A stretch of DNA of 64,000 bases from Bugula neritina (lineage: Eukaryota > Animalia > Bryozoa), in assembly GCA_964035545.1 (NCBI GenBank), contig OZ037767.1, positions 26,366,628-26,430,627 on the forward strand, in the 5' to 3' direction. This document shows positions 1-13,000 of this stretch, piece after piece; positions within the stretch are counted from its first letter, which is position 1, and each line of letters opens with the position of its first letter. The translations under genes and the position numbers were made by a program. The notes beneath the pieces were generated by a model. That model saw only the letters and a program-made list of their open reading frames with translations. It had not been told where the DNA came from and did not search any database.

Positions 1-1153
1 ATAATAACAATATTATTATATTTATCAAAAAAGGTAAACATGCACATTATTTGTATCAGAAAAGCAATATTAAACAATACTGGCCAGCCTTTGACTGCAT
101 CAATATTAACGTTTAAGTCAGCATTCTGTATATGATTTACAAACAGCTCGGCAGCATAATATCCTATGTTTGTATCATCTTGCTTCTTGGTTTTAAGTAA
201 ATCATAGAATTAAGCTTCACATACTGTTGTAAGTTGGCAATAAGTGGTAAGTTCAACTCACAAAGTTGTCTTGCTAAATATTGAATTAGTTATTCAAATG
301 TTGCTGAAAGTAGCATGTCTTCTAAAAGCAAATGTTTGGAAATGAGGCTAGACTAAGCAGATTTGAGCATCTGTTGATGTAATTTACGAATTCATATTTT
401 TCTAATTCATGCTTGTTAGATTTGTTAACGTGATTTGTTTTATGTTTAATTTCTGCATGGGGTTGCGGCATCGCTAACGGAGTTGTAGTGTCTTGGAGCT
501 TTATAATAACTTTCACAACATAATACAATGTCACAACTTCTGCTGCAGATACTTATAGGGGAGGTTGGGGGTATACTTCTCACAGTCACTAGAGTATAAT
601 TTCTTGTTCTTTCGGTATAAGTGAGAATGGCAGTAGATTGCTTGAATATGATGCAACAAAATAGTAAGTTGTATTCAAGTGAGATAAATCTGTATATTTT
701 GACTAATGAGTGTATTAGAATTTTTCTTTGGAATTTAAATGGTTTTTTCTATTTCACAAGTGGACAACTCCTAACACTTCAATTATCTGGAAAACTATTC
801 GATAAACAGCTACTCTGCTATTATTCTGACAGCTCAACAGTGTCAGTATGAAATAGAGAGCAGGCAACTCTGAACATGCTGCTTCATTATAACTGATAAT
901 AGTATTATGTATGTAGAGTATGTGAATAATGAGTAAACAACTTCAACAGAAATTTTATGTAACACACTACAAGTGGCAGACGCGTTGGTCCTGATACTAA
1001 GATACTTTCTACATCACAAACTAAATCCATAATTGATACATCAGCTATTAATTAACATTGTATTTTGTAGCATGAATTACAGCATAGAAACAATTGTGCA
1101 AACAATATACAACAAATGATCATTAATACTACTGTAGATGTATAACAATGTTC

Positions 1154-4100
1154 CTATTTGTATCCTTTAAATGGCCGATTTCCATAAACAATCTTAAGAA
1201 CTTCAGGGTGCTTCCTCCACCACTTCTCCTTGTCTACTATTTTAATATGGGCTAGATCATAGGCCTTAGAGCCACTGTTGCCAGGGTAACCTACAAACAA
1301 ACCAATTACATCATGTGGATAAGTGTAGAAAGTGCCAGTAAAGACTGAGATAATAGAATTTATAATAAAAGAGAACGGGTATCCACCCATTACTTGTATA
1401 TAAGCTGTCAACTTACAGAAGTATAAAATGTATCAACTACTGTTAGATTGCTTGTTCACTTATTGAGAGATAACTTAGCCATGCAACCCCCTTGTGAGGA
1501 GGTTGCCGTGTGAGAAGTATATGATATAAATGCACACTTTCACTGGAGTGTAATACAATATAGTTTTTATAAATTGGCAACATTGATAATTTGTAATTAA
1601 ATGGTAAAACAGCATCTGTGATCAGTTTCATTCTGTTTAGTAGAGGACCATTGAGAATCTGAATATCCATACATCAACTTTAACATTAAATGCATCAATT
1701 TTCACACTCCAGACTGGCTGAAAATAAAGCAACTATTTAAACTTTCTCTCTAATCACTCAGATTGTAGCCAGTGACGCAAAAATGCTTTTAGCATACACC
1801 ATCTAACCTACAACTGACCTATATTCAACCTACATCTGACCTATATCTGACCTACATCTAACGTATGTACACTTGACCTACGTGTGACCTATATCTGACC
1901 TACATCTTCAATAAAACAACATTTCAACTGAAAAAGTTCCACACAGAAAGTGTCTATTTGGCAGAAGTCAGAAAAAGGAAGAATAGTTACTACAATATAC
2001 ATTGGTAAGAAAACTCTCGATTTAAGCATAAAAATATGAAAAATAGTGTAAATAAAAAATATAACAGTATGCATGCAATGTATAGCAATTCTAACGCATA
2101 AATGTGAGATGAATAGAATAACCTATCTGCTCAATTATTTAATTATCACACACCTGTGTTTATTTGGCTGGATTTCAATTCCTCCGCCTCCTTTAGGAGT
2201 TCATCTCTATGCTGACTGATAGCTTTCATTATCTGCAAGATAAATTCCATCAGTTGATTTATCATTACATACATGCAGAACTAGGGTCACGAAGGCAGCA
2301 GCATCAGCAGTGGTAGCAGGAGGATGTTTTAGGCTATTAATAACATTCATAAATATTTTTATTTATAATGCAAGAAATTTTTTCATCAAAACAAGCAGAG
2401 ACTGAGAATTTAACAGAACCACAAGAAACAATTTCACATCCTGTCCAGTTATAGTGGAGTTTAGACTATAAATCTAGTAATTTGGCTTAGCAACATTCAC
2501 TTTGCTTTTCAGAGCACGGCAGAGTTTAGGTAACAGAGTCATGTATAAAGAAATTCTAGAAAAATCTGGTAATGAAACCTAATGATGAAATTTAATTACA
2601 AACTATTCAATCAGCTTGAAGCATCAAAATTTTAATTGGTTGGTATGAAAACAGAATTAAATTTGAGCAAATTTTACACTGCAGACACCTGATGAATTTA
2701 CTGCAGTGGGGTGTGACAACCATTCAAGTACATATGAAGGCTGTTCATATCTATAATACCATTAGTATCACTTTAAATATCTAGAAAACAACCTACTGAA
2801 ATATGTGTTTACAGAGAAACCTGAAAAAGGAAATGACCTAGTACCAGTTGATTGGTCACTATAGCAACGGAAAAAAGGTATAAGTAGCTTCAGCTCTTGA
2901 AAATCCACGAATTTTTCACAAAAGATGCTCATTGGAAATTTCTAAGGGCTAAAGTAAGTCAATAATTTAAATATTTATAGCTGAGTAGTCTCGAAATATC
3001 TGTCTCTAAGACAGCTCAATCTTAGAGACAGAGTTGCGTTTAATAAAAGAACACTTTGCTAAGATCAATATGGCACTCGGGCCAAGACTGAAGACGGAAC
3101 GTACTTCTGACTTCTTAGCATAATATTCTTTCCTCTCCACGGCCAGAGACTGTTTCAACTCGTTCAACTTTGACTCCTTGAGCTCTAGCATCTCTGTAAT
3201 GGCAGCACCTCTGACCTTTGACCTTTTAGGCAAGGGCCTGGTATATCTGTAAACAGTTGATATAATAATCAACAGCATTCAAAATTATTGTATGCATAAA
3301 AATTGTAATTATGCATATCTACATGTAAAGAGTGAAAACAAATGCAGCTATAAAGTAGCCTAAAAACTGGGTTTAGTGCAGCCTAAATAGTGTCGGACAA
3401 ATCACGCAACATCTTTTAATAAAATAATCAGAGAATTTGAGGCTAAAACATTATCTGAACATAAAAGAAACTTCCTTAGTTGAAAAAAGTTGAGAGTGGG
3501 TTTTTAATAGCACCAAAATATTAGAAAATTGTTGGAGTGACACAAGTTTATACTTTAGCAAATAGCTAAGTACATATTCAAATAGTTTTGATAAACGTCT
3601 TTTTTGGTAGCATTAGAAACTTTAAAACTCATTAAATCTACCCAGCATAGATACGTGCATCAAAAAAGTAAACTTCATAAGTAGAAAAAAACTAGTCCAT
3701 AAATTGCAATTACACCTCTCATGTTATAAAACCTGCTTATACACAATTCATGGATATTGGTTAAAGTAAACAAATAAAACAATTCTCTCATGGTCAAACA
3801 TGGCTTGCACTTACTCTAGCTATGATGACGCATAATTCCAACTTACTCTAGCTATGATGACACATAATCTCAACTTACTGCGGATATGGAATATACGTGA
3901 GGTTGAGTTCTTTACAGACCCACTCAAACCGCTCAATATCGTAGGCTTGAAGCTGTTTGAGTAGAGATCTCCTTTTCTGTATTACTTCAACCAACTTGCT
4001 TTTGTTTATCTTGTCCTACAAATCACACAGGCTTCACATATAAAGCTGAGAAGAAGACTAAAGCAAATTACTAAAGCAAATCAGAGGCAGTCTGCTCAAC

Positions 4101-4626
4101 TCAAGTAGAATTTATTCCGTAGTATGCTTCAGAAACTGGGTATAAAAAGCTTATTTTCCTTCCTATTTGCAATAGAATATAATTTCTGGGTTTAAAGGCT
4201 TTAAATCAGCTTTTGATCATCAAATTGAATCAACACTACTATTTATCATTCTGTGCTAATCATTAGTGTCAGTAGGTAGTTTTAAAAGCTGTTAACTAAA
4301 TCACACAGTTGCTCTCCAAAAGAGTCTCACACTCATGTCATTATTATCCAAGACACACTTAACCTACAAACAGACAGTCTTTACATCATATACTATTTAA
4401 AAACAAGTATTGAAACAGAAATTCATATTGTGAGAGTTTGAAAATATTGTATATATATATAGTTAATACTGATCCTACATCAATTCAAATAAATAAAATG
4501 AAACTTACTTTGGGATAGGCTTGCACGTGTCGAATGAGATTACGAGTTCGGAGTGTGAGCAAAGCAACTGAAAACAAATTGAAAGATACACTACAGAACA
4601 TTAGAGTATTATTGTCATATGACTTG

Positions 4627-4681
<55 letters not shown>

Positions 4682-6431
4682 AATACACTTGGCAGATAAT
4701 ATGCTGCCAAATACATTACTATTCATATAAAAGAGAGTTAGCTAGTTAAATTAAAGATTTAGGTGCAGTAATGGAAGAATGAAAAAAGCCTGTGTTCTAG
4801 ATTAGAAATGTAGCATAAGAAGTTATGTTCAATTTCAACCCGCGTCCCAAAGCAAAATTTAATAAAAAATTAAAGAGCTTAGGCTATCTCAATTTCTTCA
4901 CTACTGCTCCTAAATGAAATTAAACCGTCAATCATTTTTCTTTGTGAATGTTCATTGATAAAACTACACAGTCAATACCCTGAACAAAAAAAATCAAAAT
5001 TATTTTCTTGAAACTCATCAGGTTATAAAAAGTTTCTTAGATTTACCAAACCCCTACTACATTTATATATAAACACAAAAAGATCACAACTTCTAAAAAC
5101 ATAACCTTGTGGCTGTTCAGCTAGACTACGCTGAATAGAGTATATGAATGTATATCATCACAAAATGAATACATTACCTTTCAATTCCAGTGAGCTGTCA
5201 TCAGTCTCATCTCTACCAAACTTCTCCTTCACTTTATCAACCAACAGTTTCATTTGATCTTTCTAGTAATACAAGTACATTTCATTGAGATACCAGTAAG
5301 CACAGTGTGCACATTACAGTAACTACAGTATGTACACTACACTCACTACAGTAACTACAGTAGCAAATGAAATTAGAGGAGTTGTTAGACATTTCTTAAG
5401 CCATAATGACTTGTTTTAAAAACTAATCATGAACCAAAACCATATATAACTAAATGAATAAACATTACTACTTGAAGGTGCTTGAACCAACCTTGTCTGC
5501 ATTCTGTACAGAGAACAATGGATGGTTTGCAGAGTCAATCCTACAGAATACAACAGCTCACATCACATCCACAAAAATCACTTAGAAAAAGTTAGCTAGC
5601 TCTACGGAGTTTGAGGGCAACAGAACAATATTGATGACAATCGTTTAAAAAAAGTGCAATATAGGCTACATGGTTAAAATCTTCATTTTAATTTTTGGCA
5701 TTTATTAAATACAATATATACTTACTCAGACTGATCTATGTTTAACTTGGTGAAAATACTTTCATCGTCTTTAAATTCAGCTGGCAGATTCAAATCGTTG
5801 TCACCTAATAGAAAAACCACAATATGCATATACAGTAGATATATAGATACAGTAGATCATATACATATATACCTTTCAGTAACAAGGTACCCAGCAGAGT
5901 ACCTGCGGACACAGAGGTTAGTATTCACTTCTACACATTCAAACTCAACTACCTGAATAGTCAAATGAAGGTACAGCAGGGGGAAACTTTGCCTTTAATT
6001 TTTCCCATTTGTTTCTAGACTTCCATCGACATTGAATGGATTGTAAGGGTTCTGGGAAATAAAAATATTAAATCTTCAGAGTTCCAAGCAATATTAAAAA
6101 TATGGCAAAAACAATAAATATCCACTTGGAAAAATAAAAAAACTTGAGAACTGCAACACTAGGCAACAGCAACATGTCGAGAAAACTTTAAACCAAATGA
6201 AACTTACAAACAAAATTGAACTGATTTTGTTAGTTTGATGTTATATTTGCAAGTTGAGGTTAATTTAAACTATATTATTTTCCTACCTAAAGGCAGAAGC
6301 ATAGCGGTAGGCACCCGCACAGGGCTAGTGACCGTGAGAGTGAGTGTGCTAAATTTCGTTTTAGTCAGGGTCTGCTTCAATGCAAATGATGTCATACATG
6401 TTGCTTGCTTAAGAGAATTAGACAAATGCAT
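1154..6431 (-). CDS. MRPS15: Mitochondrial ribosomal protein S15 (uS15m), multi-exon
   Basis: Phase-consistent GT-AG exons 6287-6431, 5953-6051, 5726-5804, 5492-5540, 5178-5262, 4509-4567, 3879-4015, 3105-3246 and 2154-2232, then a terminal exon at 1154-1290 (336 aa) or 1695-1717 (298 aa). The N-terminus is Ser/Thr/Lys-rich and acid-free, like a mitochondrial presequence. The S15 core reads SLELKVALLTLRTRNLIRHVQAYPKDKINKSKLVEVIQKRRSLLKQLQAYDIERFEWVCKELNLTY. Confidence 0.88.
1800..1906. repeat. Degenerate ~11-bp tandem repeat (ACATCTGACCT-like)
   Basis: About 9 imperfect copies inside an MRPS15 intron. Confidence 0.8.
3809..3878. repeat. 32-bp tandem duplication overlapping an MRPS15 5' splice site
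   Basis: ACTTAC (GTAAGT on the - strand) occurs at 3809, 3841 and 3873; unit ACTTACTCTAGCTATGATGACRCATAAT... Confidence 0.85.
4628..4678. repeat. (TA)n microsatellite
   Basis: Perfect TA run of about 50 bp. Confidence 0.98.
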
Positions 6432-6499
6432 AGTTCAAACAATTCAAATGATGAAACTAACAATTTTCAATAAGTGTTTAGTAAATTTTAGGTGGACTT

Positions 6500-6960
6500 C
6501 AATTCCTTAGAGGATCTCCTAGTCAAAGTTATACGATGTGTGAGAAAATCGCAAATGAGGAACTCGATAAAAGATGTTCTAGCTTGAAGTGTTAAAGCAA
6601 AGTTTTATAACCTAACATTTTTATTATTTTTGCGAGGAGTTTGCGCAATACCCAGTATATAACTAAACAGACTTTAAAATGTTATTTTACGTACAATCAT
6701 TTTTAGTTTAGAGTTATCCTATTATGATCAGTGTTAGAAAGTTTGGAGTAGACAACCCTTGCGTTAAAATTGTTGCGCGTTCGTTGAAAAACGACAACTC
6801 GAGCATTTCCCGAGGCGATGATTGTTGTTATTGTTTTATACGAGTTACTATCATTGGTCGAGTATTGTGTAGTTATAACAACCTGTCGTCATTTCCGTTA
6901 AATAATCGGGTTGCCTAACAACCAGATATACACTGTGCATAGAAACTCTGAGCAGGTATT
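6500..6960. promoter_or_regulatory. Putative bidirectional promoter MRPS15/PACRG with RFX X-box-like site GTTGCCTAACAAC (6910-6922)
   Basis: The divergent ATGs at 6431 (-) and 6998 (+) are under 600 bp apart. CpG is visibly retained locally. The motif is one mismatch from GTNRCC-N(0-3)-RGYAAC and lies upstream of a ciliary gene. Confidence 0.6.
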
Positions 6961-6997
6961 TTGATAGTACAACTTGCTCATTAGACATATTTTTGTT

Positions 6998-8897
6998 ATG
7001 GCAAGTGCTGTTGTTAGCAGACCACACGAAAACTGTAAATCTCTGCAAATGAAAGGACAAACAGTAAAAGCTATGGCTACTCCAACAGATGCTTTTACAA
7101 TTAAATCTTACCAGAAGAACTCAAAGGTAATACTAATAGTAACTCTAACTTACTAACTTTATAATCAAATTGAAAAAAATATTATATTTATGAGACAATG
7201 CTCTTATAGACGAATTTGCACAAATTTATTACATTTTTTTACAGTCCTTATTTATGGCAATTATGCTCATTTAATAATTGATTGTTTAGTGTTATAATGA
7301 CGTGAATTTTAGTCCTGAGCGTATGCCTATTGCATGCCTAGTTTTTTAAATAACTCTAATTAACACAAACCTGCTATTCATAGTTACAGTCTGAATGACA
7401 CAAGATATGTCATTAAATTTATAAATTTGATTTTAAGTAATACATTTACATATAATGCCTATTGTAAAAATGCTTCATATGCTCTATTACTATATTACTC
7501 GGTTTGTTAATATAATAATTGGTTGGAAATGAGTACTGCGTGGTTACCAATATTTTACTTCAAGTTTATGTTTGCTTATGTTGTTTTTTTTTTTGTTAAA
7601 GATATCTGGACCAACTGCAGCTGGAGCTTTTATTGAAAGGCCAACTGGCCCAACATCATTCAGAAAATTCTATGAAAGAGGTGATTTCCCCATTGCTTTA
7701 GAACATGATACCAAAGGAAACAAAATAGCTTGGAAAGTAGAAATAGAAAAATTGGATTACCATCATTATCTACCCTTGTTCTTTGATGGACTGTGTGAAA
7801 CTGAGCATCCGTATGAGTTCTTTGCCAGGCAAGGAGTCCATGATATGTTGGAGCACGGTGGATCAAAGATCTTACCAGTCATTCCACAACTCATCATCCC
7901 AATTAAAAGTGAGCATATACTTATTTAATTTATAAAACAGAGATCTCAGCTGAGTTAATTTGTCATTTTGTTTGTCTCACAGGCAGTTTACAGGTTTAAT
8001 AACAAGGTTGAAAGTTTATTTCTATATCACCTAGCCCAAGTGATTTTCATCCAGAAGTCTGTAGATGGAAAAATTGGTGTTGATTAAATAAATTTGATAT
8101 GATAGATGAGCTTTTGATTAGGTGATTTTAGGTATAGATGGTGTAACATTGAACTAAGTTATTCTTTGTAAAAATTGCAGATGCTTTAAACAAAAGAAAC
8201 AGACAGGTTATGTGCACGACCCTCAAAGTTCTTCAGCATCTGGTAGTATCAGCAGATATGGTGGGAGAAGCGTTAGTGCCATACTACAGACAGATACTGC
8301 CAATATTGAACATATTCAAAAATATGAACTGTAAGTACACATGAACTAAATTCATCCTTTGATGTTTTAAAATGTTTTCCATAAACCCAAGTTTTATCAA
8401 AAATACTTTATTCCAAGCTATTCAACTTGAGCTGTTACTACATGCCAACAACTAAAATGAGATAATAAATTGAAAAACTATTTTGTAAAATCACTACTTG
8501 TTACTTGCTGTAGTGTCAACAAAATAGTAATTTTTATTTAGTTACTAATAGACAGACATAAGTAGAAGAATTGAAATATATTTTGAGTTTAAAAAAACTC
8601 TTCAATTTACAGACTTTCCTCCCTACCTTATATTAAATCTAGCAATATTTAAAAAAAACAAGTAATTTTTTTGCTAGCTTGGCTTATGTAATGTTCTAAC
8701 TTTCCTGTTAAAACATCAATGTTTCATTTCCTGTAGTGAATTCTGGTGATGGGATTGACTACAGTCAGCAGAAGAGAGAGAATATTGGAGACTTGATTCA
8801 GGAAACTTTAGAAGCATTTGAGAGACATGGAGGAGAAGATGCATTCATCAACATCAAGTACATGGTACCCACCTACGAATCTTGCATGCTCAACTAG
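6998..8897 (+). CDS. PACRG: Parkin co-regulated gene protein (axonemal inner-junction protein), 4 exons, 248 aa
   Basis: Exons 6998-7126, 7602-7908, 8181-8330 and 8737-8897. Hallmark sequence [45 protein letters not shown]...[13 protein letters not shown]...[22 protein letters not shown]. Confidence 0.98.
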
Positions 8898-10061
8898 ATG
8901 TCTTCGGCATCTATTCACATCTTATCAAACCAGGAAAGAATCTATAATTTTTGTAACAAACTGAACCATTGGCTTAAATAAGCCAAAGAATCAGAAATCG
9001 ACCAATGATAACGTTTTACTAGTTATAAGAGTGCTCTTGACTCAGTTTTTATTAGGCGACCTTGGAGTAAAACATGTACAGTACAGCTTCTTACTAAAAT
9101 CAATCATTATAAAGCGCAACAGAGTAGAAAGTTACTTTTATGTTAGACAATGCACTTTAAGAACTCAATTCATACTATGTGCAGTTTTATTGATTAGGTA
9201 AACACAATGTGTTGTATTTTAAAAACTCAACTAATAAAGTATGTGTTAGTTTTTGTGGATAAATTACTACTGAACTTTCATACACCAATTATTTTCCTTA
9301 AAAATATTGTAATATCTGGAATCTATTAAATATAATCAGATAGAAAATATTACAAGTGGTTTTGTATGATATGGTAGGAAGAGGGTTGCAATGTGAAGCT
9401 GAATAAGACAAGATAACACAATATTGCATGTTTTTCAGTTTGTATATATTACAGCTATACCATGTTTAAAGATAAATAAATCCAACAATATAATACAAGT
9501 CTATAAAGCTTATTTGCTCATCAATGATGTTACTTTCACCTCTTCATCAGTAAATAATATTCCTACTTTATTCGCTATAAAAGAAGCAAAATTAACATTA
9601 AATGCTGTATTTATGCATTAAGGTTAGGAGATCATAAAAGGTGTGTATCTGTATGTTCCCAGGTGTCAAGGCATCTGCAGTAGTGCAATGATGCGATATA
9701 CAGTATTTGATTAAACACAAAACAATAGCTACATAAAAGAATTTCATTCAGTGCCACCAGCCAAATAATTGTATTAATATATTTACTCTTCATTAGAATT
9801 CAGCCAACAGGTTATTTATTATAAGTAAATAATTAAATGTGCAACCTTCAAAAACTTAACAATGAGTGATTAATATACATTTTCTACCAACATCCTTACA
9901 AAGCATTTCTTCACATAAACGTATAAGGAAAACTAAAACATTCGGACAAATACTATATTTTAATTATTTATATGTATTACGTAATAATTTTCTCAGCATA
10001 TGCAAGACAAATACAACTCCAAGTGCTGAAGTTTGAGAAGTAGATGCAGCCACTGACTAGT

Positions 10062-13000
10062 TTAATTATCTCCGTCATATTCGAATTCACTATTATCATC
10101 GCTAGAGCTTCCCTCTTCTGAACCTGATTCATCGTCGTGTTCCTCATCGTCAGACATGTCGTCCCACTGTGGGTGGTTCTCCACCACCTTCTGCTCTTTA
10201 ACATCAAACTACAACGAAAATTACAACACATTTCATCCACTCCGAGTAAAATACATTATGGAAAATATATAATCCAGAATGAGTTAATTAAATGCCTTTA
10301 CAATGCCTCCTGATGCTACAGAATATGCTACACAATACATGATCCACTCCATTATGAAAAATGTATATTTCACAATGGGTGAATTGAACGCATCTTACAC
10401 AATTAAATTCTTATATAACGCTTGGTGCTATAGACTTACCTTGAGGTTCTGAAACAGATCCATATCTACATAGCTGTCAGACTTCAAGCACATGGTGTAC
10501 GTATACACACCAGGTTTCTTGGGCGCTGGAAATTTCACATCTATTTCTTGTTTGTCGACGAGATTTGTCACACGAACAGGAACAGTGATCAAATCCGACT
10601 TCTTCTTGTCACAGAGATACAGCCACCAGTACTCCTATAGCAGGCGGAGTGTGTGAATAGTAATAGTGACAATAGTGAAACACACAGTAACCACATTAGT
10701 CTTGGTTATTCATACCAGAAGCTACGCTAGAAAGTTATAGTTTAAACACAATAATGCAATACCTGCTTGTCAGATGGGAAAAACGGACAGTGAACAGAGT
10801 GAGAGACTAAAGATGTAGCCTCAAGCTTAGCGTGTTTCTTGCTCTCCATCTCAAACTCCTCCCAGTCATCGTCTTCCTCGTCCACCTAAAGTTATATAAA
10901 TATAAATTTACAATATGAAGTATATATTATAGGTTACCTATATACGTGCAATCTATGTACCTAATATAGGTTATAGATTATAACCCATTTATATGAAAAT
11001 ATATACAGTAAGTAGCACGTATTAGCGCTGTTCTAAGCATACTTAGACCTACCAGTTAAAGGAGGAAGTACTAACCTGGGGAGGGGGCGGGGAAGGAGCT
11101 GTAGTCAAATCGTGTTCTACATCACTATCCTGTGCAGTATCCGATTCGTCATCTGACTTTCCTACAGTTTCAGCAACTTCATCCCCCTGCTTCACTACAA
11201 CCTAGACAAGATAAACAAACTCAACATTACCACTATGAAACTTTTAGTACCACCTATTTACCGCCTAGTACCGCCCACTTACTGCCTAGTACCACCTACT
11301 TACCGCCTAGTACCGCCTACTTACCGCCTAGTACCGCCTACTTACTGCCTAGTACCGCCTACTTATCACCTAGTACCGCCCACTTATCACCTAGTACCAC
11401 CTAGTATCACCTACTTATCACCTAGTACCGCCTACTTACTGCCTAGTACCACCTACTTACCGCCTACTTATCACCTAGTACCACCTACTTATCACCTAGT
11501 ACCGCCTACTTATCACCTAGTACTGCCTACTTATCACCAAGTACCTCCTACATATATTCCTTTTCACCACCAACAGTCAGAAAATCAGAAAGTAAAGACA
11601 GACATACAATGAAGCTATATTGAATGCACAGTGTTTGCAAGAGATATGCTGACCACCACCACCTGGACATATGACTCAATAACAGGTAAACTTCCCTACA
11701 CTGGTTATAACCAAGAGTCCAATAATAAAATCAATAACTCAGACCGAAGTTCCAACCTAATCTATAACTAAACCCAACAAGCTTTAAGACCACATTGGTT
11801 GATAGAAATAATCACCGAGCTCACACCATGGAGTCTAGCAGACGAACAAAACTACCAGCTACTGCCAAATAACTTCACAAGCAAAACCCGTGAAGTCTGC
11901 ACATATATGTTTTAGTAAGCGATGTTACTGTGTAACTAACATTTATTGTTAAAAACCTGCCACAGTTAAGCCATTAGAAATAGTGAGTTAGGTTTAACCT
12001 ATGTACACCTTGAAACAAGAGTAGTTTTACCTCATCAGTGGTGGTGACTTCTTCGTCTTCCTAGAATGTATAGGTTTACACTAGACTTACGCCCACACTA
12101 GGCTAAATACATGTATAGCTATAGCTAAATTATATATAATTATTGCATAGTGTGACACACGCTTATACTAAGCTAAAACACATATCCAAACTATACTAAC
12201 ACACATACACTATACTAACACACATACACTATACTAACACATACTAACACACATACACTATACTAACGCTATTTACATGCAGGTAATATGAAAAGCAACT
12301 CACGCCATTGCTTTTCTTGTCAACTGCAGCACCAGCCACACCATTCGCAGATGTCTGCTTAGCCTTGGGTTTATAAGGTACAGATGCCGCAGGTTTCTTT
12401 TTCTTTGCACCCCCCTTTGACTTTTTGCCTTTATTCTTCTCCCACGGCTACGGCAGATATGATGAAAACTTATAGTTTATTAAAGAAAATTGAAAAGTAA
12501 CACTACAACTACAGACTACACTTACACATATCTACACTATACTGACACATATCTACACTATACTGACACATATCTACTTTTTACTGACACATATCTATTC
12601 TACACTGACACATATCTACACTATACTGACACACATCTACTTTATACTGACACATATATACACTATACTGACACATATCTACACTACACTGACCTATAAC
12701 ACTAACACGCTGTCGTCATTGTATTACTATGATATTAATGTACCTTAGACGACTTCTTCTTCTCTTCTACTTCCTCTTCCTGCATGTCAGGATCATCAGC
12801 TGGTGTCTCGTCTTCCAAAGCTATTTCTGCATCCTCACCTGAGAATGGAGCACACGACTGAATACGTGACGTAGTACCTAACTTACAATGCTTTCTTAAA
12901 AGTAGGGTACACTGTTCCTTAGCAAGCATATGACATGGCTAAGTTAAGTGGAACATACTGTGGTAAAGATATTGAATGTTGTTCATTACATGTAATGCAT

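Noticed and set aside
20-850. Short ORFs and coding-looking stretches at the window start
   Set aside because: No recognisable motif or consistent splice structure; it may be a degraded element or UTR.
11132-11612. Repeat-rich ORFs (LVPPTYH, PSTAYLL) and similar ORFs at 12490, 34107, 44860 and 44910
   Set aside because: These are translations of intronic minisatellites whose unit length is divisible by 3; there is no splice or promoter support.
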